NCBI RefSeq assembly: GCF_000008465.1
Contig: NC_006512.1
Span: forward strand, 2,310,001-2,342,000
Direction of reading: 5' to 3'
Length of the DNA stretch: 32,000 bases
DNA from: Idiomarina loihiensis L2TR
Lineage (GTDB): Bacteria > Pseudomonadota > Gammaproteobacteria > Enterobacterales > Alteromonadaceae
Positions 16,515-24,555 of this stretch are shown piece by piece. Below the pieces are notes generated by a model. The model made no database searches and was not told where the DNA came from. It saw only the letters and a list, made by a program, of their open reading frames with translations. Within the stretch, counting starts at the first letter, position 1. Each line of letters starts with the position of its first letter. A program made the translations under genes and the position numbers.

Positions 16515-17758
16515 ACCTCACTGACATAAGAGAACTCGACAACATTGACCCCTTTGCCCGGCACCGTAAACAATTTCAGTTGCCGGTTAATAAGGTTTAT
16601 CTGGATGGTAACTCGTTGGGTGCCATGACCAAAGCAACGGCAACCCGCTTACAGCAGGTTATCCAGCAGCAGTGGTCGCAGGATCTTATCAGTAGCTGGA
16701 ACGAGCATAACTGGATTAATTTGCCGCAACATGTCGGCGAAAAAATTGCCCGCCTGATAGGCGCAGCACCAGAGCAGACTATTTGCTGTGACTCAATATC
16801 GGTGAATTTATTTAAGGCGCTGGCAGCGGCACTGTCACTGGCTCAAAGCCATGACTCTGAGCGCAACATAGTGCTATCCACCAAAGACAACTTCCCGACA
16901 GACTTATACATGGTGCAGGGAATTTCACAGTTTGTTGGTGAACACCGTTGTCAGCTAAAGCTGGTTGATGAAAACGAGCTGGAGCAACAGATTGACGATA
17001 AAACCGCAATAGTTTTAGCAACTGAAGTGAATTTCAGAACCGGAAGACGGCTTGACGCTAAACAACTTATTACCAGCGCACACAGCCACGGAGCCCTGGT
17101 TATTCTGGATTTAGCCCACAGTGCAGGGGCAATGCCCGTGCACCTGGATGACTGGGAAGCAGACTTTGCGGTTGGCTGTACTTATAAATACCTAAATGGC
17201 GGCCCCGGCGCGCCAGCCTTTATTTATGCCGCAAAACGCCATCATCAGAATATGAGTCAGCCTTTAAGCGGCTGGTTCGGACATGCCCGCCCGTTTGATT
17301 TCACACCAGACTACGAGCCCGCTACCGGCATTCAACAAATGCTAACCGGCACTCCTTCCATTCTCGCTATGGCCGCGATCGACTCGGCGCTCGAAGCTTT
17401 TGAGAATGTGGACCTGGAAAAGTTAAGAGAAAAGTCTTTACAGCTGGCTGAGGTTTTTCATCAATTATTAGAAGACGCGGCACTGGGTAGCAGCCTACAG
17501 CTTATTTCTCCACAGCAACGTGAACAGCGAGGCAGTCAGTTGTCGTATCGTTACGAGCACGCTTATGGGTTATGTCAGGCACTTATTCAAAGAGGCGTAA
17601 TAGCTGACTTTCGTGCCCCTAATTATATCCGCTTTGGGTTTACCCCTCTTTATAACAGCTTTGAAGATATCTGGAAGGCCGTTGAGCAGTTGCGGCAAGT
17701 TATTGAAGCCAAAGAACATCTCGATTCTCGTTGGCAAAGTCGTAATACCGTAACCTGA
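16511..17758 (+). CDS. kynU: Kynureninase
   Basis: The PLP-dependent kynureninase signature is present (LDGNSLGA, DLAHSAGAMPVHLDDWEADFAVGCTYKYLNGGPGAPAFIY). I start it at the ATG at 16511 (MNLTDIREL). The track ORF start at 16469 would overlap the hydrolase gene by 46 nt. Confidence 0.9.
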   Translation: MNLTDIRELDNIDPFARHRKQFQLPVNKVYLDGNSLGAMTKATATRLQQVIQQQWSQDLISSWNEHNWINLPQHVGEKIARLIGAAPEQTICCDSISVNLFKALAAALSLAQSHDSERNIVLSTKDNFPTDLYMVQGISQFVGEHRCQLKLVDENELEQQIDDKTAIVLATEVNFRTGRRLDAKQLITSAHSHGALVILDLAHSAGAMPVHLDDWEADFAVGCTYKYLNGGPGAPAFIYAAKRHHQNMSQPLSGWFGHARPFDFTPDYEPATGIQQMLTGTPSILAMAAIDSALEAFENVDLEKLREKSLQLAEVFHQLLEDAALGSSLQLISPQQREQRGSQLSYRYEHAYGLCQALIQRGVIADFRAPNYIRFGFTPLYNSFEDIWKAVEQLRQVIEAKEHLDSRWQSRNTVT

Positions 17759-17761
17759 AAC

Positions 17762-17799
17762 AAAAAAGCCTCAGCCGATGTATTCGGCTGAGGCTTTTC
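17762..17799. terminator. Bidirectional rho-independent terminator between kynU and the DUF945 gene
   Basis: An 11-bp perfect stem, gcctcagccga (17768-17778) / tcggctgaggc (17784-17794), has a 5-nt loop, an A-run upstream and TTTT downstream. Confidence 0.85.
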
Positions 17800-17828
17800 A
17801 TTACCATCTTTTTATCACCAAACAATAA

Positions 17829-19238
17829 TTACATCATTTTCGCGATTGGAATTTTCTGACCGTTCAGTACACCTTCACCGTTTTCCATCTGGAATTCGCT
17901 GCGGTACTCGTCATCTTCTTCCTTCAGCAAACCTTGTTGTATGTACATATCAATCATCATTGGTGCTTGTTGTTCAGCCATTTTCTGCAGTTCAGCTTCA
18001 TCGGCACCAGGCATTTGCATACGCATTGTTGACAACATCTGCTGTTCAGCGACCCATTTCAACAACGGCTTATCAATAGCAATAGATGAGTCAACAATCA
18101 GGCTGGAAAGCCAGAATTGCGTGTCTTCCATATTGTCCGGCATTTGGTTTACACCCGCCAATTTAGCGCTTAGGTCACCTTTAAATTCGCCCGGCTCCAT
18201 TTTCCCGCTAAATTCACTAATAACGAACTCAGGCTCTGCCTGCAGTAACTTAGGTAGGTTTTCCTTTACCAGCTTTTGCGTCGCAACTTCTATTTCGTCG
18301 GGGTTCTGGTCATAAATCTTTTGCATCATTTGGTTATAAGCAAGCAAGAACTCAGAATCGATGTTATTAAAAGCCATCTTTAACTTCAGATCGTCAAGGT
18401 CAAAGTCTTCGGCTTTCAGCGACTCTACAGAATAGTTCATATCAATATTCATGCTTTCTTTGTCGTCGCTGAAATAACTAACGAATTCAATTCCAAGATC
18501 TTTCAATTCAAACAGGTCGACATCATCCGGCTGGCCTACAATGATTTTATCAAGCTTCATAGACATTTCGCCTTCATAAAGCTCGCCCTTCACAATTTCC
18601 AGCATGTTGCCTTTAGCTTCAGTGCTTATTTCAAACTCACCAATGCTGATAGCCTGGCCCTCAATAAGACCTTCTGCGCCTTCCAGTTTTCCTTCGTAAC
18701 TGAACTCATCCGAAGAAATGGAACCTTCACCTTCATAGCCAGTAAAGGTCAGTGACGTTTGCTCATCATTCGGTTTAGAACTGAACGCGACAATTTCATC
18801 GTCATAACTAACACCACCAAAAAAACCTGCTGAACCAGTCAGGTGATAAAAAGGCGTGTTCTCTTCCCATTCAATATACTCACGTAACCCATCGTCCTTG
18901 GCATGAGCTTCAAACGAGGCCATACCCAGACCAGGAGAAAATTGAGTCAGAACCGGACCGTGCTGAACATCAATAACCACTTCAAAAGACAAGTCATCAG
19001 GTGCTGACCCTTCCGGGTAAATAGAACCGAAATCTACGCCCAGCGATATTGTTGCAGTTGAACCGAACCAGCCACTATCAAACGAGACCATACGAGCGTT
19101 ATAAGCGGGTAATTGATTTATCACTTCAACGTGTTGCTTTAACGCACCCTCAACTTGAAGGCCAACGAATTTAGGGCCAATTAGAGCGCCTGCAACTATG
19201 ACGATACCGACGCCACCAAGGAGTCCTTTCTTATTCAT
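17829..19238 (-). CDS. YdgA / DUF945 family protein (N-terminally anchored)
   Basis: The 469-aa ORF has the N-terminal anchor KKGLLGGVGIVIVAGALIGPKFVG. The following NARMVSFDSGWFGSTATISL block is typical of YdgA-like proteins. Confidence 0.75.
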   Translation of the reverse strand: MNKKGLLGGVGIVIVAGALIGPKFVGLQVEGALKQHVEVINQLPAYNARMVSFDSGWFGSTATISLGVDFGSIYPEGSAPDDLSFEVVIDVQHGPVLTQFSPGLGMASFEAHAKDDGLREYIEWEENTPFYHLTGSAGFFGGVSYDDEIVAFSSKPNDEQTSLTFTGYEGEGSISSDEFSYEGKLEGAEGLIEGQAISIGEFEISTEAKGNMLEIVKGELYEGEMSMKLDKIIVGQPDDVDLFELKDLGIEFVSYFSDDKESMNIDMNYSVESLKAEDFDLDDLKLKMAFNNIDSEFLLAYNQMMQKIYDQNPDEIEVATQKLVKENLPKLLQAEPEFVISEFSGKMEPGEFKGDLSAKLAGVNQMPDNMEDTQFWLSSLIVDSSIAIDKPLLKWVAEQQMLSTMRMQMPGADEAELQKMAEQQAPMMIDMYIQQGLLKEEDDEYRSEFQMENGEGVLNGQKIPIAKMM

Positions 19239-19439
19239 AATATACCTTTCATTTATAGGACTGGATTGTAATTATAATGTTGTAAATGATACAGAAACTT
19301 TTTAATAACGGCAAAGTTTTTGAGTGTAAAGGAAGGTTAATGAAACCCACGCGGATAATGATCAATAAGTAAAAAAATGGGATAATGGTACCTATTGCTC
19401 GCTGACAGCAGTCAACTTATCAACCGCGGTGCCCCTTAA

Positions 19440-21623
19440 ATGGAAATCAATGTAAACTTTCTCGACAATATGCGCCTTGAGGCGAAATTCGATGACTTCA
19501 CAGTTATTTCGGATCAGCCTATTCGGTACAAAGGCGATGGTTCTGCCCCCGGTCCTTTTGACTACTTTCTGGCGTCTTCCGTTATGTGCGCGGCGCACTT
19601 TATTCGTTTGTATTGCGACGCCCGCGATATTCCAACCGAGAATATCCGCGTCTCGCAAAATAACGTGGTCGACCCGGAAGACCGCTATAAGCAGCTGTTT
19701 AAAATTCAGGTTGAGTTACCGGCCGATATTTCCGAGAAAGACCGCAAAGCCATTATCCGGGCAGCCGAGCGTTGCGCCGTTAAGCGCGTTATCGAAAACG
19801 ATTTAGAGTTTGACGTCGAAGCGGTTGAAAGCATCACTCAAGACGCTCAGGCGTTACTGACCATACGCCCTGACAGCGACAGCCGAACCTATATTGAAGG
19901 TAAAGACTTACCGCTGGAACAAACCATAGCCAATATGACGGCGATACTGGCGGACTTAGGCATGAAGATAGAAATATCCTCCTGGCGTAATATTGTTCCG
20001 CATGTGTGGTCGCTGCACATTCGCGATGCCGCTTCTCCTATGTGCTTTACCAATGGCAAAGGCGCCACCAAAGAAAGCGCATTATGCTCCGCGCTGGGTG
20101 AGTTTATTGAACGCTTAAGCTGTAATTTCTTCTATAACGACCAGTACTTTGGTGAAGAAATAGCAAACGCTGAGTTTGTGCACTACCCCAACGAAAAGTG
20201 GTTTAAGCCCGGCACAAACGACGAGCTTCCCACGGAAATTCTGGACGAATACTGCCGTGAGCTTTATGACCCTGAAGGTGAATTGCGCGGTTCACACTTA
20301 ATTGATACCAACTCAGGCCGGGCTGACAGAGGGATCGTTTCATTGCCGTTCACGCGTCATTCCGACGGCGAAACAGTTTATTTTCCGTCAAACTTAATTG
20401 AAAACCTGTATTTAAGTAACGGTATGAGCGCAGGTAATACCTTGCCCGAAGCTCAGGTTCAATGCTTATCGGAAATTTTTGAGCGCGCCGTTAAAAAGCA
20501 CATTATTGAAGAAGAAATTGCTCTGCCCGATGTGCCGCAAGAGGTGCTTAACAAGTACCCGAATATTCTGGAAGGAATAAAAGCCTTAGAAGAGCAAGGC
20601 TACCCAGTGTTAGTTAAAGATGCTTCGCTTGGCGGTCAGTTCCCGGTAGCTTGTGTTACTTTAATGAACCCACGCACCGGCGGTGTTTTTGCTTCTTTTG
20701 GTGCGCACCCAAGCTTTGAAGTGGCGCTGGAACGTAGCCTGACGGAGTTATTGCAAGGGCGCAGCTTTGAAGGTTTAAACGACCTGCCAGCCCCAACTTT
20801 CAACTCCATGGCCGTAACCGAGCCAAATAACTTTGTTGAGCACTTTATTGATTCGTCGGGTGTGGTGTCCTGGCGTTTCTTTAGCGCTAAGTCCGACATT
20901 GAATTCGTTGAGTGGGACTTCAGCGGCTCTAACCAGGAAGAAGCCGATACGCTGTTTGGTATTTTGCAGGACATGGGCAAAGAAGCTTACATAGCCGTGC
21001 ACGAAGATTTAGGCGCGCCAGTATGCCGTATTCTGGTACCAGGCTATTCTGAAGTTTACCCCGTGGAAGACCTTATTTGGGACAACACCAATATTGCTCT
21101 GCAATACCGTGAAGACATTCTCAACCTGCACCGCTTAACCGACGATCAGTTAGAAGACTTAGTTGAGCGCCTGGAAGACAGTCAGCTTGATAACTACATG
21201 GATATTATCACCCTGATTGGTATTGAGTTCGACGAAAACACGGTTTGGGGTCAGCTCACCATTCTTGAGTTAAAACTGCTTATCTACCTTGCGCTGCAAC
21301 GCCATGACGACGCTTTCGAATATGTAGAAATGTTCCTGCAGTTCAACGACAACACCGTTGAGCGCACGCTATTCTACCGTGCCATTGAAGCCGTACTGGA
21401 AATTACTCTGGACGAAGAGCTAGAGCTGGATGACTACCGCTACAACTTAGGCCGCATGTATGGCGAAGAGACCATAGAAGCCGTTATAGGCTCTGTTAAT
21501 GGTACTACACGCTTCTACGGTCTAACGCCAACCAATATGCAACTGGAAGGTCTGGACAGACACTTACGCTTAATAGAGAGCTACAAGAAACTGCACGCGG
21601 CACGGGCTGAACGGCAGGTTTAA
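19440..21623 (+). CDS. ycaO: OsmC-domain / YcaO-domain fusion protein
   Basis: The first ~130 aa are OsmC-like (GSAPGPFDYFLASSVMCAAHFIRLY...AERCAVKRV). A full-length YcaO-like region follows (TNGKGATKESALCSALGEFIERLS, NGMSAGNTLPEAQVQCLSEIFER, SFGAHPSFEVALERSLTELLQG) with a helical C-terminal domain. Confidence 0.85.
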   Translation: MEINVNFLDNMRLEAKFDDFTVISDQPIRYKGDGSAPGPFDYFLASSVMCAAHFIRLYCDARDIPTENIRVSQNNVVDPEDRYKQLFKIQVELPADISEKDRKAIIRAAERCAVKRVIENDLEFDVEAVESITQDAQALLTIRPDSDSRTYIEGKDLPLEQTIANMTAILADLGMKIEISSWRNIVPHVWSLHIRDAASPMCFTNGKGATKESALCSALGEFIERLSCNFFYNDQYFGEEIANAEFVHYPNEKWFKPGTNDELPTEILDEYCRELYDPEGELRGSHLIDTNSGRADRGIVSLPFTRHSDGETVYFPSNLIENLYLSNGMSAGNTLPEAQVQCLSEIFERAVKKHIIEEEIALPDVPQEVLNKYPNILEGIKALEEQGYPVLVKDASLGGQFPVACVTLMNPRTGGVFASFGAHPSFEVALERSLTELLQGRSFEGLNDLPAPTFNSMAVTEPNNFVEHFIDSSGVVSWRFFSAKSDIEFVEWDFSGSNQEEADTLFGILQDMGKEAYIAVHEDLGAPVCRILVPGYSEVYPVEDLIWDNTNIALQYREDILNLHRLTDDQLEDLVERLEDSQLDNYMDIITLIGIEFDENTVWGQLTILELKLLIYLALQRHDDAFEYVEMFLQFNDNTVERTLFYRAIEAVLEITLDEELELDDYRYNLGRMYGEETIEAVIGSVNGTTRFYGLTPTNMQLEGLDRHLRLIESYKKLHAARAERQV

Positions 21624-21625
21624 AA

Positions 21626-22576
21626 CTAAAAGTTCAGCCCGACAAAGGCTCCGCGGTTACGTTTAGCAACAGCCTGCATGAAGGCAGCAAAGGTTTCCGC
21701 GTTGCCTTGCGCGCGGCTAAAGCCTATTCCATGAATACGCATTACCGGCTTGCCATCGGCTCCCTGGTTCTGACTGGTTATCTGCCGAACTATGGCGTCT
21801 AAGTCACTGGCCCGGTAGTCGTCACCAAAAACGTACAAGCTGGTTGTGCCTTTGGTTTTTTTATAAAGGTTAATGGCTTTCAGAATACCCAGCTCAGGCG
21901 CACTTTTACCGCCGGTAAAGTTTGGCATTTGTTGCATGGCCATTTGTCTGAACCGTTTGCTGTCCGGTAACCAGTCACCCGCTTTACTGCTGAACATAAA
22001 GTCACCGTCGGCGGCCATAATCTGAAAGCCCTTCATTTTCGGGTGACTTTCTATAATGTCGTTAACAACGCTAATAACCCGGCTCCAGCCGCGGCCTCCC
22101 GACATAGACCCGGAATTATCAATAACAAACACCACGTACTCAGCGTCAGTTGGGATACCGCCTACATCATCATCAGGTGTGTCTGTGCTGTTCGGCGTGT
22201 TTAGCATTGCAGTGGCTTGCCGTATTTCAGCCCTTAACGACGAGGCTTTATCCTGCAATTGTTGCAGGGTTTTCTGTGCCCGCGGAATAGAGCTTTCTAG
22301 ATTCTTTTCCTGCTCAGTGACTGATGCGGTCTTTTGCTCGGCGGCCTTAAGCTCATCCTGTTTGTCGGACAAAGCCCCTTTTAATTCCTCAACCGACTGC
22401 TGCGCCTGCAATACTTCTGCAACTAAGGTACTGAGGTTAGCTGGCCCACGCTCGGTATCTTCAGTACCGTTTTTCGCTAACAACACCAGCATAATCACCG
22501 CACCAAAAGCACAGGAAATAATATCCAGAAAGGCCAGGTTGAAAACCTCTACTGGCGCACGCTGAATTTTTTTCAT
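21626..22576 (-). CDS. TolR/ExbD-like TM, coiled coil and vWA (MIDAS) protein, paralog 2
   Basis: The N-terminal TM (VFNLAFLDIISCAFGAVIMLVLL) carries an Asp placed as in ExbD/TolR. About 75 aa of heptad-rich helix follow, then a vWA fold with DNSGS (nt 22106-22120) and VFGDD. I prefer the ATG at 22576, which overlaps the upstream TAA by 1 nt with GGAG 8 nt upstream. The track start is the GTG at 22585. Confidence 0.8.
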   Translation of the reverse strand: MKKIQRAPVEVFNLAFLDIISCAFGAVIMLVLLAKNGTEDTERGPANLSTLVAEVLQAQQSVEELKGALSDKQDELKAAEQKTASVTEQEKNLESSIPRAQKTLQQLQDKASSLRAEIRQATAMLNTPNSTDTPDDDVGGIPTDAEYVVFVIDNSGSMSGGRGWSRVISVVNDIIESHPKMKGFQIMAADGDFMFSSKAGDWLPDSKRFRQMAMQQMPNFTGGKSAPELGILKAINLYKKTKGTTSLYVFGDDYRASDLDAIVRQITSQNQGADGKPVMRIHGIGFSRAQGNAETFAAFMQAVAKRNRGAFVGLNF

Positions 22577-23634
22577 TATGGCCACTCCGGAGCTGGCGAT
22601 AAGAATGTGCCGCCGCTTACCCGCGACCAGTTCCAGTAAAGCGGAGAAGCGTAGGGGTCACCTTCTATAGGCAGCAGTATAATATTGTAACGAACACCTT
22701 TAGGAGCGCGCTTGATGGTCTCAACCATCAATGCCTGACGGCAGTCTGAGGAGATAGATTTTTTCGTCGAAATAAAATTACGACAGGAAAGCGGCAGGCC
22801 GTCTCCCAATGTTGGCAGGCCATCCGTTACAATGTAGACATCGGTAATATTCGGATTCGTCTCAAATAACGTGCTAATGCCCAGCTGAAGGTTGGTTCCG
22901 CCCTCTGGCACAACCGCGCCTAAGTCTTTCACTATAGAATTCATAGAGCCGCTGACTGAGGCAGTGCTAACGTTCCGTTGCCCTAAACGGTTTGCCGTAT
23001 TGGAAAACGTCACCACACTCACTTTTGAGGTTTGCGGCAGTCTTGCCAGTAACCACTGAGCAACCCGCCGTGTTCTTATCCACTTAGCGGTAGACACTTT
23101 TTTGCCATCGCTCAAAGCCAGTTTGCTCAGCACGTCAATTAAGTTATCGCCCATCATAGAGGCGCTTTTATCGACCAGAATGCCTATTTGTTCGCCTTCC
23201 ACTTTCATGCCGGTGATAAAGTTCTGCTCACCCGTACCCGAAAGCTCAACGTTGGCTGACTTCTCAACTTCTTTGGACAAGGCCGCTAACTGGTTTTCCA
23301 AATCGGCAACTACGGCCAGCTGAGTCGACAAGTCCTGCAAAGCTTTGGTTTGATCCTGGGTGGTGTCGTTTTTCGCTTCTTTAGAGTCTTCCTGCTTAGC
23401 CGACTCCAGCGCAATTTTGTCATTAATTTCGTCAATGGACTTTTTCAGACGCTGCTGCTCGTCCATTGATGCCGCCAGCTCCTGCTCAAGCTTTTCTTTC
23501 TCTTCTGAAGGGTCGGGCGTAAAAGCTTTAAAATCTATCAGGATAAAAATAAGGATAACGGCGCCCAGCCCGCATGCCATGACATCCAGAAAAGATAAGT
23601 TAAAGCCGTCGCCAGCCTGGCGTGGTCGTCGCAT
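22576..23634 (-). CDS. TolR/ExbD-like TM, coiled coil and vWA (MIDAS) protein, paralog 1
   Basis: The N-terminal TM (GFNLSFLDVMACGLGAVILIFILI) has Asp17 at nt 23584-23586. A coiled coil of about 85 aa follows. The vWA domain has a complete MIDAS: DKSAS (nt 23158-23172), GGT, and TDG. Confidence 0.8.
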   Translation of the reverse strand: MRRPRQAGDGFNLSFLDVMACGLGAVILIFILIDFKAFTPDPSEEKEKLEQELAASMDEQQRLKKSIDEINDKIALESAKQEDSKEAKNDTTQDQTKALQDLSTQLAVVADLENQLAALSKEVEKSANVELSGTGEQNFITGMKVEGEQIGILVDKSASMMGDNLIDVLSKLALSDGKKVSTAKWIRTRRVAQWLLARLPQTSKVSVVTFSNTANRLGQRNVSTASVSGSMNSIVKDLGAVVPEGGTNLQLGISTLFETNPNITDVYIVTDGLPTLGDGLPLSCRNFISTKKSISSDCRQALMVETIKRAPKGVRYNIILLPIEGDPYASPLYWNWSRVSGGTFLSPAPEWP

Positions 23635-23647
23635 CTGAGTCGCTCAA

Positions 23648-24418
23648 TTAACTGTGTAAATGAGACAGCAAGTGCTTCTCGCAGGACTCTTGCGTGCGGA
23701 TAACCATCTTGTCCTGACGGCTGTTCAGCAAGTGCATAAACAACATCAGAATCAAAGAAATAAACAGCGCCACCAGCGTTGAGTTAAAAGCCACACCCAG
23801 CGATGCAGTCATACCGGCAATGTCACCATCCAGTGCCTTGTCGGCCTGCGCCAGCGCCGAGCCAATACCGCGCACCGTACCCACGAAGCCAATAGACGGA
23901 ATAGCCCAGATAATGTAGCGGATCATGTTGTTGCCGCTTTCTAACTGAATGGCAATATTGTCTACCGACGACTCGATGGTGTCAGCTGCGTGCTGAACGT
24001 TTTTGGTGTTCTTAAAACGACGAATACAGTTAATCCAGGTGCTGTATGCGGGGGTTTCTTTATAAGCCGAGCTTTCTAAGTCATTTAATGCGGCATCAAC
24101 GTCCAGCGCTTCGGACTTGTCGTAGCTTTCCAGTAAGTCGCGCGAATAAATTTCTTCTTCGTCAATTAACCGCCACAACTTATACAACATAAGGAACAGA
24201 CAGAACAACATGAGCGAAATACACACCTGCTGTTCAACATCTTTGAAGATAACCGAAAATGCAGTTAAAGCTTCTGTCCCTTTCTCTGCCATTGCCACTT
24301 CGGCCGCCGGGCGAATAAGTCCCGCATACAGCAAATGTATCAGGGTAAAAATAGCCAGTAGCACACCACCACTGACAAAAAAGTTAGGGCTCATTGAAAG
24401 CGTATTATTTTTAGACAT
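23648..24418 (-). CDS. MotA/TolQ/ExbB proton-channel family protein
   Basis: The 256-aa ORF has three hydrophobic helices and the family core (IRYIIWAIPSIGFVGTVRGIGSALA...MTASLGVAFNSTLVALFISLILMLFMHLL). Confidence 0.9.
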   Translation of the reverse strand: MSKNNTLSMSPNFFVSGGVLLAIFTLIHLLYAGLIRPAAEVAMAEKGTEALTAFSVIFKDVEQQVCISLMLFCLFLMLYKLWRLIDEEEIYSRDLLESYDKSEALDVDAALNDLESSAYKETPAYSTWINCIRRFKNTKNVQHAADTIESSVDNIAIQLESGNNMIRYIIWAIPSIGFVGTVRGIGSALAQADKALDGDIAGMTASLGVAFNSTLVALFISLILMLFMHLLNSRQDKMVIRTQESCEKHLLSHLHS

Positions 24419-24433
24419 TATGCATTCCGGGCG

Positions 24434-24541
24434 TTAAATGTTGGTGGGGAAGTCTTGTGGTGCATCCAAAGACACAAAATAAGCCGTCGCGCTGCCGGCC
24501 AGAGCCAGCAGTATGACGCCCAAAATCACGCGTTTTTTCAT
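24434..24541 (-). CDS. Small (35-aa) membrane or signal-peptide-like protein, not in the supplied ORF track
   Basis: My translation is MKKRVILGVILLALAGSATAYFVSLDAPQDFPTNI followed by TAA. A strong SD (GAGGAG, 24549-24554) lies 7 nt upstream of the ATG. The ORF fills the gap between the FGE-domain gene (14 nt upstream) and the MotA-like gene (15 nt downstream). Confidence 0.55.
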   Translation of the reverse strand: MKKRVILGVILLALAGSATAYFVSLDAPQDFPTNI

Positions 24542-24555
24542 GATGTTTCTCCTCA

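Noticed and set aside
22056-22565. 169-aa plus-strand ORF inside the vWA paralog-2 gene.
   Set aside because: It is antisense to a gene with clear vWA/MIDAS motifs. Its translation is Ser/Cys/Thr-rich low complexity with no start context. It is a typical shadow ORF.
21626-24418. Reading the MotA-like gene plus its partners as a canonical Zorya, TonB-ExbBD, Tol-Pal or flagellar stator locus.
   Set aside because: I found no ZorC/D-type effector and no long ZorA tail. There is no TonB or TolA SHLS-type TM, no TolB or Pal, no OmpA/MotB peptidoglycan-binding domain, and no flagellar genes adjacent. The B-like subunits carry vWA domains instead.
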